Both the position numbers and the translations under genes were made by a program. The notes below the pieces were generated by a model. It had not been told where the DNA came from. It did no database searches and was given only the letters and a program-made list of their open reading frames with translations. A DNA stretch of 64,000 nucleotides from Camelus ferus (lineage: Eukaryota), in assembly GCF_009834535.1 (NCBI RefSeq), contig NC_045697.1:36768001-36832000 (forward strand). The letters are read 5' to 3'. Numbering within the stretch: the stretch's first letter is position 1; each line of letters opens with the position of its first letter. Below are positions 38,800 through 51,235 of the stretch, piece after piece.

Positions 38800-39100
38800 C
38801 CATTGGCGGAGCTCTACCCCTTGGAGGCGGCTCTGAACATGTCTGCGCAGAAACAGCGGTGTGATCTGTTGTCTTGTCTGCCGAGGTGAAGGCGGTGGCA
38901 GGGAGGCCCCGGGCGCTCTGTGTTTGCTGTCCCCGCTGCAGAATTACACTTGACTTCCCTATGAATTTGCTACCATGAGATGACGCAGCCAGCACTGACC
39001 CTGGCATTCAGGCTTACGGACGACCACCTGCGCGGCGCTGAAATGAATGTACCTCGGCACCCTGCGTCCGCCGTTCCGCATCCGCAGATTCAACCAACCC
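38800..39100. promoter_or_regulatory. Small CpG-rich island (candidate regulatory element)
   Basis: About 21 CpGs in about 285 bp by manual count, against a CpG-depleted background. Confidence 0.45.
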
Positions 39101-39139
39101 ACCTGCTGTACCAGCCCCTTGACTCCCTGAACAGAAAGT

Positions 39140-39335
39140 GGCCGATAGCTACCATGTACTGAGTGTTGATTATGTGCCTGGTATTGCAGGGCAGTTTATA
39201 TTATCCTAATCCATAAGTATGTATTATTATTATTATTTCCAGCTTACAGATGATGAAACTGCGCTCAAAGAGGTAAAAAGTAGTAAAGAGTAAAGCCAGG
39301 ATTAAAACTCAGATCCATGATTCCACAGCCAGCAC
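39140..39335 (-). mobile_element. MIR SINE
   Basis: 'ttacagatgatgaaactgcgctcaaagaggtaaa...aagccaggattaaaactcag'. Confidence 0.75.
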
Positions 39336-39349
39336 TGAGTCTGCGGCGC

Positions 39350-39830
39350 CGGTAGTTCCCAGACACCAGTCCACGCACATAACACAACTTTCACCAATTC
39401 ATGAGAAAATGAGAAAAATAAGGACAATGTCATGATTTCCTTAATTCTATGTCATCTTTTATAAAAAAAAAAACAAAAAACAAATAGTTGTGTAATAACA
39501 TCAGGGGAAAGAAAAATGCTAAATGTTCATTTTGATTAAAGAAATTAAGCTGTGGTGATTTCAAAATTGTATGTGATAAAGAGTTAATATGAATTAGAAT
39601 TAAAGAAATTAGAAACATTATGTAAGATTCCATCATAACTTAAGAACTATGCATTTATTCTGAACTCATGTCTTTGCTAGTTTTGTGTGCTTAACTTTCT
39701 TTTATAAAATCAGAGGGTAATAGATGGTAGTTGATTTTTTTTTTAATTCCTTAGTGAAAGTAAAAACTGATAGTCCTCTCTTTTTTACAGTTTTACTATT
39801 TGGAAACTCCAAATGTTTAAGAACAAATTC
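39350..39830 (+). mobile_element. hAT-Charlie element (MER113-like)
   Basis: 'gtagttcccagacaccagtcc...aaatgagaaaaataaggacaatgt...tagatggtagtt...tccaaatgtttaagaac'. Confidence 0.55.
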
Positions 39831-39867
39831 ACTTTCCACCAGGGTGTGTCACTTCCAATGACAGAAA

Positions 39868-40620
39868 GCACAGACTGGGGGCTGCTGAGTCAAATTCAGC
39901 CCATGAAAGTGTTTTGCATTGCTCACAGTGGATTTTAAAATTCTGCATTAACCAACAATATTTTAAGCAGAAAAATGTACATAAATCTGGATTACTGGCC
40001 TCTGTTTACAATTCCAGAGGTCTGGCTACCCCAGGCCTCTGCTCCCTCTGGAATGTGGGGCTGGGTGGTCACTGCTCCGTGTTGGAGAGGCTCAGTGGTC
40101 AGCTGCTCACATGCTCTCCTCTGCCTATTGTGTGGTATCTGGGCAGATTGCTGAAGTCACGGCCATGGGTGTCTGTGCCTCTTGGCACCCTGCCCTTTCA
40201 TTGTCACCTTCATACTCTCGTGACTCCGGGCTTGCCCATGTGACTAACTTTGGTCAATAGGACCAGAGCAAATGTAAGCCCAAGCAAAAGCTCGACGAGT
40301 ACTTGCATGTGAGGGCTGGAGGGGCCATGGGGAGGTGAACTGAACACTGTGGCCAGTAACCCAGGATTAGCCCAGATAGGGAGGCCATGCTAGACCCTCG
40401 CACCCCAGCTGAGCCACCAGCTGACTACAGCCACATGAATGAGCCCAGAGGGGACCAGAGGGAGAAATACAAAGCTGAGCCCAACCCAAGTTCTACTATT
40501 AAATCATTGTTGTCTGAAGCCACTAAATATGGGGGTGTTGTGTTGTGCTAATAGCACACCCTTGGCCTCGCTTTCCTTAACACCTGGACTATGAAAGCAC
40601 TTGAATCCGTGACTCCTATC
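39868..40620 (-). mobile_element. MER102-like Charlie element, interrupted by an MLT1 LTR
   Basis: 'tacataaatctggattactggcctct...tctggctacccc' resembles the reverse of the 35595-35829 element; appears to resume near 40560. Confidence 0.45.
40135..40556 (+). mobile_element. MaLR LTR (MLT1G/H-like)
   Basis: 'gcccatgtgactaactttggtcaatagg...agctgagcccaaccca...gaagccactaaat'. Confidence 0.7.
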
Positions 40621-40699
40621 TTAAGATATTGAAGGACCTTTCCACCTACATAGAGGTACATACACACACTTAATCACTCTCACATATTTATAGGTACCT

Positions 40700-40808
40700 G
40701 ATTGTTGAGTGGGAGCAAGGAATTTAAATTGTTCACTCCAGCCCCTAGAACAGCACCTGGTACACAGCTAGCCCTTAGTAAATATCTTTTGAATGAATAA
40801 ATGAATTC
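40700..40808 (+). mobile_element. L2 3' end
   Basis: 'cctagaacagcacctggtacacag...aaatatcttttgaatgaataaatgaa'. Confidence 0.75.
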
Positions 40809-41484
40809 ATAGCTATTTCCCTAAGTAATGTAACCTAATAGGTAGTGTAGAAGTGGTCACACACCCAGGACCTTGGCACTAGTAGAATCCCTGAGATCAT
40901 CTCAAGTTAGCATTGAAGATCCTTGCTGGCCTCCCAGATACCCTGCTGTGTCTGCTAAACTAGTTTTGGAAAACCAGCCCACTTGAACCAACTCTGTGGG
41001 GACTGGAGTTTGACAAGACTGATCATCACAACCTATTTATCACTTGTGCTTCGCCGTCCACTGGTGCTGACAGAGGTCTAAATGGCAAGGGGACTCTCGT
41101 CTGAAGGCTGAAGGAAATACGACGTGGCCGTAGGTGTCAGCTGAAGAACGGCCCCAAGGAGAGGTGGATCCTGTTCACCTACTGGAAAAATAGGGATTAT
41201 TTTTCAAGAGATTAAAAAAGGAATGCCCTGTGAATGAAACACAAAATACTCTGAACACCCAGACAGGAACACACATCACTCCTGTCTGACCACGAGAGAT
41301 GTTCAGCAGAGGAAACTGCCTCCTGCCTTCTACCATTTTTTTGCTCATTCTGTTTCCTTTTTCAAAAATAAGAGGATATTTATTAAATTCATCAAAGATA
41401 CCACTCTGGGGAGATGCATAGCAACCTGGAAACCACAACACTTGGAGAAATGGTCAGCAACTCAGAATTGCGAAACTGGAAGTC

Positions 41485-41660
41485 CTAAACTTTAGTACCA
41501 TAGCCTGCTTCTTAATTCCTTTGTGACGGAGCCAGCCTAGTGACTATCTAAACCCTCGTTTGCTCTTCTACAAGGCGGTGGAAATGTTATCTGCTCTGCC
41601 GACTTCATAGGGGGTTTGAGAAGATTAAATGAGATAACATCGCTGAAAATGTCATTTAAG
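41485..41660 (+). mobile_element. MIR fragment
   Basis: 'acttcatagggggtttgagaagattaaatgagataa'. Confidence 0.65.
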
Positions 41661-42333
41661 TGTTAATAATTACAGAACAAAAATTGGTAATGCCCAACAG
41701 GTACAAATACAAGAAGAAGAGGAGTAAAATCTGTGTGAGACCCTCCCACAAAGGCACGGTGAGACCATGGTAAGCAGTGCATAGTGGGGGCTGGGAGCAC
41801 CAAGACCAAACCATCAAGGTAGGAAACAGAGAGGAATGAGGATCAGTTCAACAGGCTGGAATCAGAGACAGACAGATGGGGAGCTGGCAGGAGTCGAGGC
41901 CTTCAGCAGGATGAGGACACAGAGATGCGGAGGATCGGCCGTGGAGGGCACTGGGCTGTGAGTGGACCGCTGCTGGTCGTGCCTGCCCAGCATCTGGTCT
42001 TCCTTCCTGGCTCTCCTCTGATGAGCTCTCCTTCCCTCATTCCGTATGCCACGCCCACAGCCTGACCAGGAGATTTCCCTGCGGCTGGACCTATTCCAAT
42101 CAGATTCCCTTTGCAGGGAGTAGAAATCTTTACTGGAATGACACAAGGATGGGGAATACTTGGAGTGAGTATATTTCTTATGAGCACCCTAGAAGACCAT
42201 TCATGGGTCCTGCTATCAAAATCTCCAAGGCTGCCGTGTTTCTAGTCCTTTCTGAGGCCTAATTGGTCAAATAAGTCAACACTTCCTTGAGCCTATGAAT
42301 CACCCAGAATCCTCCCAACATCTTCCCCTTTTC

Positions 42334-42334
<1 letters not shown>

Positions 42335-42381
<47 letters not shown>

Positions 42382-42382
42382 T
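42335..42382. repeat. (CTTT)12 microsatellite, within a probable old MLT1 LTR at about 41960-42430
   Basis: Seen directly. Confidence 0.9.
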
Positions 42383-42662
42383 TTGCTTAAATGAACCAGT
42401 CCATTATTTCTGACACTTAGAAGTAAACAAGCAAATGAAAACGATCAAAGCATCCAACTAAGGTCTCGGTTCATGGACAGGGACAGGTGTCTTGCCACCT
42501 TGCTCTTCTTGCTGGTGTAGACCTCCTCACCCTGGTCTACCTTGGTTTCTTCTGCAAGTTTTCTGATATGGTCTGAACAGAGGGGTATGGAAAAACAGGG
42601 GCATAAGGAGAATCCCAAGCTTAAAGCCAAGCTGCTACCAGAATTTAAGAACAGAGATGGGG

Positions 42663-42934
42663 GCGGGTGGGAAGGAATAAATAAGGAGTTTTGGATTAAC
42701 AGATACTATATATTACTATATATAAAATAGATCGACAACAAGGACTTACTGTATAGCACAAGGAACTATATTCAATTTCTTATAATAACATAATGAAAAA
42801 GAATCTGAAAATATATATATGCATGTATGTACATGTATAACTGAATCGTTTTGCTGTACACCTGAAACTAACACTGTAAATCAACTACACTTCAATAAAA
42901 AACAAAATTAATAAAAAATAAAAATTAAAAAAGT
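42663..42934 (+). mobile_element. 5'-truncated L1 3' UTR (type A) with 14-bp TSD
   Basis: TSD gaacagagatgggg (42649-42662) / gaacagcgatgggg (42935-42948); A-rich tail. Confidence 0.9.
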
Positions 42935-43069
42935 GAACAGCGATGGGGCTGAGCAGGGCCGCTTTCTCATAACCAGTGCAGGCCAAATGGTCATTAGCAC
43001 CACGTCATGACTAACTTTATATCCCACAAGCTTGAGAGAGTCTGGGGAAAGCCGCAGTCAGGGAAATGA

Positions 43070-43325
43070 GGCAGTATGGAGTATGGCTGAGGGATGGCAA
43101 GACCCAAAGCCTCATTCTCCCTCTCAGGAGCAGAGTGACCTTGGAAAAGTTGCTTAACCTCTCTGTTCCATTTTCACCCCTTCTCTAAAATGGAAATGAT
43201 AGTATTACAGATGCTCATCTCATGGAGCTGTTATGAGGATAAAATAGTTTGGCATTTGTAATGTACCAAGAATCATGTTTGTCCCATAGCAAGGGCTACG
43301 TGAGGGTTGGTTAAAATAAATAATA
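43070..43325 (+). mobile_element. MIR SINE
   Basis: 'gtgaccttggaaaagttgcttaacctctctg...gctgttatgaggataaaat'. Confidence 0.8.
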
Positions 43326-45207
43326 AATGTTTCCCCTAAGCAAAAGCTGGGAACCTGAGGTGGTTAGCCTGGAGAGGAAGTCTCTGAAACAGACAAGAAA
43401 ATCTCTCAATAACAAATATGAACTTTGCCGAGCTAACCACATGCCATTTGGCACTGAGAGAGGATCAAAGGAAATCAGCAAACAGGGCCCTGGTATTTAT
43501 GGTTGCTTGGGGTCAGTTCTATCAATTGACCCTTATTTGTTTTGTCTGAGGAGGGTAAGGCTCCCCCAAGGGTAATGAGGTTTTGGTCCAGTTGTCCATG
43601 CAATGACAAGCTATCTAATAACACAGAGAGGATGGCCCTACCCCCCTCGTTTGGTCATTTTTGTCCTGCTTGGTAGAGTCAGGCATACCTAGGCGAGCCA
43701 CTCTTCTCTCTCTTTGCCATCTCAGCCACTCACTCCCCGCCTCTCCTGGTAGTGGGATTTCCTTCTCCATTGATGATGAGTACGCAGATGGCAATGTGGG
43801 GAGATGCCTGGCTGCAGGGGAGTCACCCTGGCTCATGATTGTCACCTCCTCTTCCCAAGGAGCCCATGCACCACTCATCACCCAAAGGTGGAAAGTCCCT
43901 GCCAGCTCAGTCTGTCTGGTTTTTTGTTGGCAGAGCCTAGCCCTCTGCTCAGCGAAGATGGCTTATGGCACGAGAGCCAGAGAAAGGGAATAAAACGGGG
44001 AGTATCAATGATGATCTAAGAAAAGACAAGCGAATGACTGGAGCTGGAATTGCTCTTTGCATCAGCTCCAGCTTAATTGTTCATATTCAGCTAGAGTTAT
44101 TTGTGGTTTGGCCTGTCGGCAGTTACTTCTTGCTTCTCCATCTGACGGTTTTCCCTGACCTACTTGCTGAAAGATGCTCAGGCAGAGAGTCTTTCCACTG
44201 ACTTAGATGCTGCAGTGGGGAAACTACTGGTGGTAGGACCATCAGAGGGTTTCCATTACTCCACTTTGTCCACACTGTGTCTCCAGAACCACCCCACTTT
44301 CCAGCACTCACGAGCCTCACAGCCGATGGCCTGCACACCCGGTCAGTCTCCAATTCCCCCCATATTCCTCTCTCCAAATGTCCTCCATTGCTCACCTTTT
44401 CTGGCAAATGCACATTCCCCAGTCTTTGTGAGGGTTATTTTAAGACCTTCATACACCCTAAGCATTCCTCCTTTAGGAGGCTCCACCCCACATCAAAGCA
44501 GACATCCTACAATGCATCCACATCCATCATTGAATATAATTTCCATCAAATAACAGATGAATTGAGTTCCATATGACTGACATATCATTCCTCTTTATAG
44601 ATATTTAATTAAACATTTTAACTGCAATTTTGCAGATTTCTTTATATATTTTAGAACCAGATTTTTTTTTTCCAAATTAAAACACATTTTCTGGCCTATG
44701 AGAGTTTCACAGTCCCTAGATATTAAGCCTGTAGTTGATTAAATGGCCTTGTCCTTCAACCAAGGGCGGTGGCTAGAAAGGCATCCCATCTCCTGCAGTG
44801 TGGGAAACTAAGCAGTGGATTTAGAAATGGCAAATTCGAGCTTACCATGGGCTCTTGCTAATGTTAGGGTAAGGAAAACTGTATATGGAAGAGAATACAA
44901 CAAATAAGGTAAAGACTACACATCTGATTTTATTAACATCATCATAGATTATTATCAATCATAACAGCAGTAAGTATTTACTGCTTACTAGAGGTTGTAT
45001 ATATATATAATCTCAGCTAAACTTAAAATGTTGTGCAATAATTATCTACATGTTACTGTGACAATTAAAACTGATGGAGTAATAAGAGGCACAGGCGAAT
45101 GTGACCTTTGGTCCAACTGACTTTACAGCACAAATCTTCTGCCTCACCATGCTGCCACTTTCTTGTACTAACTAAAATCATCAGATAAGGTAGGCCCATA
45201 TGTCCCC

Positions 45208-45729
45208 ATGATGGTTAATTTTGTGTGTCAACTTGATGGGGCCATGAGGTGCCCAGATATTTGGTCAAATATTATTCTGAATATGTCTGTGGGAGTATTT
45301 GGATGAGATTAACATGTCAATCAATCGACTGGGTAAAGTAGACTACCCTCCCTAATGTGGGTGGGCCTCATCCAATCAGTTGAAGGCCACGGGCTGACCC
45401 TCTACTGAATAAGAGGGAATTCCACTTGCTTGACTACCCTCAAGCTGGGAGATTGGTTTATTTCTGCCTTTGGACTTGAACTGAAACATTGGCTCTTCTT
45501 GGGTTTGGAGCCTGCTGGCTTTTACACTGAAACTTACACCATTGGCTCTGCAGGTTCTCAGGGCTTCAAATTTGGACTAGAACCGCATATCCACTCTCTT
45601 GGGTCCCCAGCTTGCCAATCACTGATCTTGGGATTTGTCAGCATGAGCTGACAAATTGCATGAGCCAATTCCTGATAGTAAATCTCTTTCTTATGGGTTC
45701 TGTTTCTCTGAAAAATCCTGACTCATACA
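45208..45729 (+). mobile_element. ERVL solo LTR, MLT2C/D-like
   Basis: 'tgatggttaattttgtgtgtcaacttg...ctcatccaatcagttgaaggcc...ttctgtttctctgaaaaatcctgactcataca'. Confidence 0.88.
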
Positions 45730-46669
45730 GTACTCCAAACCTTCAGTCTCTCCTCATGACACTTTCCACCATGGAACTTCTGCAAAAACTTCATGTCAGG
45801 AAGCAGTACGTGGAGGACAAAGTTTTCAACAGCAACTACTTTCTCCTTTCAGGAAGAAAAACATGAGGCATTAATCGTGGTATTATTTTTATGTTAAGAA
45901 AAAAAAAGAGAGATGCCCGATCCAAATTTTAGCTGGCACGATTAGGATAAGAGTTTCTACCTCATCCAGCAGAAGTGTGAAATAAACAAGGCAGCAAGGG
46001 GTTGGGGAGGTGACAATCGTGTCTCTTATTTGGAGTTTGGAGCTGCTTTTGAGACTTGTTTTTATGTTTATTGTATAAAGGGTAGAATCCTACTGGAAAT
46101 TACAGGCAGGTCAAACTACCCTTGTTGAGTAGGATTCCTTTGCAGACATACCCAGCTGCTTCCAAAATCCATCATCAAAATCAAATATAATGTATGTGTA
46201 ATAATTATGTAGTAGATGAGTTGAGCTGCAGTTGACTAGCTGACATATTGCTTCTGGTAGATATTTAACTAAATATATTTAATTGTGGGTGCTTTCAGTT
46301 CTTCTAGTCAAACAGAGGACAGATACATAGCTTCAGGCAGGAGGAACTAGCTCTGTGTGTATAAAATGCAGAAGCCTGGCCTTGGCAACTTCACACTTAA
46401 TCTCAGAAATTGCAAGTGTCAGAACCCCCTTTACCACATGGTGGAAGGGAAGGCAGTGCTATATGCCCCACAGGAGAGAGAGGATTCTGGTCTTCATTCC
46501 CAGCTTGTATCTCTGGTTTAGCATCTAAGGTGGCACAGCTTCGTCTAATGACCAGGATTATGCCCCTAGTTTTTCTATGCTGACCAAAAAACTAAAGGCA
46601 AAGAAGGAAGGCAGCTTGCCCAAAGTCATCCAAGTGATAAAAATGGTAATGATGGTGATGAGAAGGACG

Positions 46670-46890
46670 GGGAGGACAATTTTACCAACTCCTGCTACAT
46701 GAACATGTGTATACTATTCCTAGCTTTTACAACACTCCTGTGAGGTACATGTCATCATCCCCCTTCATGGCTAAGGAAACTGAGGCTAAGAAAAATTGAT
46801 TAGTTTGATCCTAGTCACATAGTTTCTAGTGGTTGAGATGAAATTTGAACTCATATCTGCTTAACTCCAAAGTCTTCATGACTCTTGTTT
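46670..46890 (-). mobile_element. MIR SINE
   Basis: 'ctcctgtgaggtac...aaggaaactgaggctaag...atttgaactca'. Confidence 0.8.
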
Positions 46891-47949
46891 TGGCACACCA
46901 TTGTTGGATAGTTTTATTTCCAACCTCCCCCATATGTAAAAATAAATGAGATGGCTAAGCCCATCAGATTGACTGTCCAGCAGCCAACCTCTCTTCCATA
47001 GAATTGTGGATTACATTATCTCAGAGTTACTAGTCAGTGGAGAAGCATTTTTTAGAGGCTTCTGCTTTTGACTCTGACTGTCATGATAGTTACCTCAGGC
47101 TGACATAACGCAGCTCTCATTGGTTTAATTGTCAGGGAGCCTTGAAATTACCCACCACTCCTTTCCAAGGCGGTTTTTCGTGGCCTCCAAATTGAAGACT
47201 GGGCTGCTTTAACTCCTACTCCTGTCTTTCCAGCACTGGCTGCACCATTTCTGGCCAGGGAAGGCTACGTTTTTAAACATCCCTTTGCATTCTCACTGTC
47301 TCTGTCTTGCCCTGTCTGATCAGGCCAAGCTGTGGCCACAGTTGTGTATAATTAGTTAACTTCACTCACTGTCTCTTGTGTTTATGGTTCCCTGCCCAAT
47401 TCCAAGTGACAAATGGCTATCCAAAGCCTTGGGCTTGACCCCAGATGACCCTGTGTTTGATTGCCTTCATCCCAGTGCACGGGTCAGCACTCAGAGACTC
47501 CCATAGCTCTTGCTCAGCTGGTAATTGATTTCCATGAGAATTCATGGGCCAGTTGGCAGACCTGGGCCACTGGGCACACTGACAGTACATGTAGGAGGCA
47601 GCCTATGGTCACCAGAATATTCACTCAGATAAAGTACTATACTTAAGGGGACCTTGCCCATTCAGTGTCAGGAAGGTAAAATGCCTACTAAGGATTCATA
47701 TGTCAAGTTTCTCAGGCTTCTCCTGAAGGCAGAAATTCAATGAGAAATTCCCAAGTAACAGGACAAGAGTTTCCCCAGTTTTCTTTTCAAACTTTTGTTT
47801 GGCTTCTGTGCTAGTTGATGCCAATCAGCTGTCAACAAATGAGGAATAGTGTCTAGGTCACACTTTTGTTTTCCATCTGTTTATTTATGCATCATTAATA
47901 CCTTCACTTTAAGAGTTGTTAATGTATCAAGACAGTGTTTATTCAAGCT

Positions 47950-48090
47950 CAGTAAAGTGCAGTGAGGAGGGAAGTGTCCTAGATAAGAAGTTGGAGGACC
48001 TGGATCTTAGACCCAGCTCTGCTTCTCCCTGGACATGTTCCTCTGCAGAAGTACTACTTCTGGCATCAGTTTCCTCACTTGTGAAAGGAA
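47950..48090 (+). mobile_element. MIR fragment followed by a purine-rich low-complexity tract to about 48220
   Basis: 'gacctggatcttagacccagctctgc...catcagtttcctcacttgtgaaa'. Confidence 0.7.
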
Positions 48091-48259
48091 GAAGAAGGGA
48101 AAGAGAAGAAGAAATAAGAGGAAGTAATAAAAAGAAAGGAAGGAAGAAGGAAGGCAAAAGGCAGAAAGGAAGGAATAGAGGGAGGGAGGGTAACCAGAAG
48201 AAAGAAAAAGGGGAGAGGAAGCAAATAATTTCAAAATTCCCTCCCAGCTTCCTGCTTCA

Positions 48260-49990
48260 TGTATTTCAAGGCTATGTTATCAGGTGACTAAACATTTAAA
48301 ATTATGTCTTCTTGATGAATTGAGTCCTTTATCATTATGAAATGACTTTCTTCATCACTCAAAATATCCTTTGCTCTGAAATCCATTGACTATTAATATG
48401 ATGATTCAAGCTTTCTTTTGATTAGTGCTAACTTGGTATACATTTCTCCCTCTTTTTTAAATTTTTTATCTATTTGTCCTTCATATTTAAAGTGCATTTT
48501 TTTGTAGGCAGTGTATTTTTGGGTCTTTTTTTCCCTCTGCCTTCTAGTTGGGATATTTAAATTATTTACATTTAATGTGATTATCGATATGGTTGGAAAT
48601 CTATCATCCTATCTGTTCTTTGTTTCATTTTTGATCCTTTTTTTTTTTTCACTTCTTTTGAATTGATTCCATTTTATCTTTTTATCTATAACTCTTTGCT
48701 GTGTTATGGCAATTGTTGCATTACAGGTTATAGTATCCATCTTTAACTTCTCATATTTTACCTTCAGGTGACATTATTCCACTTCACATATAGTATAAAA
48801 ACCATACAAGAGTATACTTCCATTTCTTTCTCAACCTTTATACTATTGTTGTCATACATTATGCTTTTATTTATATTACCAACCCCATGTTACACTGTTA
48901 TTTTTTAAACAATAGTTTTTTAAAGAGACTTAAATAAGAAAAAAAATCTCTATATATTTACTTATGTAGTTTCCATTACCAGTGCTCTCCATTCTTTCAT
49001 GTATATTCTTTTCCCATCTGATGCCATTTTCCTTCTGCCTGAAAGACTTCCTTTAACATACCTTGTAGTGCCAGGTCTGCCGCTGATAAATTCCTTCTGT
49101 TTTGTAATTCTTAGAAAGAATATCTGCTGTCATTCTTGTGTGTGCTCCTCAGTACATAGTGTCTCTTTATCCTCTTTTTTTTTTTAACATTGGTTTTGAA
49201 TAATTTGATTATGACATTACTTTGTCTAGTTTTCTTCTTGTTTCTTGCACTTGGGGTTAATTGGCCTTCTTAGATCTGTGGGTTGATAATTTTCATCAAA
49301 TTTGGGAATTTTTCAGTCATTATTTATTCAAATATACCTTATCCCTTTCCCCTTTTTCTTTTGGGGACTCCAATTACACATATATTAGGCTGCTTGAAGT
49401 TTTCCCACTGATCATTGATGCTTATTTCATTTTTAAAAATTATTTTATCTTTCAGTGTTTCATTGTGGATAGTTTCTATTGCTATGTCTTCAGCTTTACA
49501 AATGTTTTCTTCTGCAACATCTAATCTGCTGCTAATCCTGGTGTATTTTAACCATGCATTATAGTTTTCATCTCTAAACTGTTCTATTCGGGTCTCTTAT
49601 ACCAACCATGTCTTTATTTAACTTTTGAACATATGTTTTAAGTGATAATTACTTTCTTAATATCTTTGAATGTTCATTCTAACATCTTTGTCAGTTCTGG
49701 GTCATTTGCAATTGGCTGATTTCTTTTTCCCCATTATGGGCTATATTTTTCTGCTTTTTTGCATGACTGATATCTTTTTTTGAATGGTAGTCATTGCAAG
49801 TTTTTTCTTGTTGGGTGCTGAATATTTTTATACTCCTATAAATATCTTGAGCATGTTCTTGGGCACAATTAAGTCAGATGGAAAGAGTCTGGTCTTTTGG
49901 GATCTTTCTTTAAGATTTGTTAACTAGAGCCAGAGAGTAGTCATTTCAGAACTAATTATTTACCACTGTGAAGGTAAGACTCTTCTGTGG
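48260..49990 (-). mobile_element. Old L1M (MC/MD-like), ORF1 to early ORF2 region
   Basis: T-rich strand; 'ttccttctgcctgaaagacttcctttaaca...ttcatcaaatttgggaatttttcagtcattattt...ggactccaattacacatatattagg'. Confidence 0.8.
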
Positions 49991-49991
49991 A

Positions 49992-50925
49992 CTAAAGAAC
50001 TCACAAAATTCAATAAAACAATTCAGTTTTTAAAAGAGAAAAACATTGAACAATTGAACAGATGCTTCTCCTATCTATCTATATAGATGGCAAAATGCCA
50101 GATAAGAATGTGCCCAACATTATTGGCTATTAGGTGAATGCAAATTAAAATCACAATGATCTTCTGCTACTAGAAGAGCTAGAAAACTTTAAAACTGACT
50201 ATCTCAAGTGTTAGTGAAGACACAGAGGAACAGAGGAATAGGAAATCTCTTCCACTGCTGGTGGAGATGTAAAACGGTACAACTTTGCAAAACAGCTCGG
50301 CAGTTTCTTAAGAAGTTAACCATATACCTACTATATGATTTAGCCATTCCACTCCTAAGTAATTACTCGAGAGAAATGAATGAGTGCCTATGCCCACAAA
50401 GATTTATACACGAATGTTCACAGCAGTTACATTTGTAACAGCCCCAAACTGAAGACCAATCAATGTCCATCAACAAGTGAATAAGCCACCTGTGGTTAGC
50501 TGTACAATGAAATACTATCCAGCAATAAAAAGGCATGAACTATGGATACACTCTTCAACTTAAATGGATCTCAAAATAATTATGCTGAGTGAAAGAAACC
50601 AGACAAAATAAGAGTACATACTGTATGACTTCATTTATATTATGTTCAAGAATACGCAAACTAATCTACTGTAAAAGAAAACAGATCTATGTTTTCTGGA
50701 GAGCCTGAGGGTAGCGGAGGGTCTGGAAGAGGAAGGAGAAATAGGACGGAGAAATTACAAAGGAGCATGAGGACACTGTAGGGAGGGAAGGTGTTAGATA
50801 TATTCATTATCTTGCTTGTAATGATGATTTTATGAGTGTATACATAGAAACTTACCAAACTGTACTTTAAATATATGGAGTTTACTGTATTTCAATTATA
50901 TCTCAATAAAGCCGTCAAAAAAATA
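49992..50925 (+). mobile_element. L1MB/MC-like ORF2 end and 3' UTR
   Basis: ORF 50208-50438 contains HCWWRC and YDLAIPLL; ends 'caattatatctcaataaagcc' plus A run. Confidence 0.85.
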
Positions 50926-51235
50926 CAAGAGCTGAATTAAAGTGGGCTTCTACTGGTCACATTTAGGGCAATCTGTGTGTAAAAAAAATAATAATGACAA
51001 TGGATAGAATAAAAAAAATACATAAGTCCATAGTGATACCAAAAAAGAGAGAGAGAAGAATAAAAAAGAGAAGGAAGAGGAAGCAAGTGTGATGGGGGCT
51101 CTTCTTTACAAAAGAATGCTAGCCAACAAATGTAGAAGGAATGATAAAACTAGAAAATCACTATTTATCAACTCCCAGTTTAATAATGGATTCAGGTAAG
51201 GATGAATAATAGATGCCAAAATATTGGGTGAAGGC
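50926..51235 (+). mobile_element. L1MC4/5-like 3' UTR fragment
   Basis: 'aaatgtagaaggaatgataaaactagaaaatcac...ggattcagg'. Confidence 0.55.

Noticed and set aside
43661..43993. 110-aa ORF with the protein-like stretch SIDDEYADGNVGRC, plus a partial CTCF-like gcagatggca
   Set aside because: Non-ATG start, no recognisable homology or clear splice boundaries, and the CTCF match lacks the 5' CCA.
47916..48287. 123-aa Lys/Arg/Glu-rich ORF
   Set aside because: It reads through a MIR and a purine-rich low-complexity tract.
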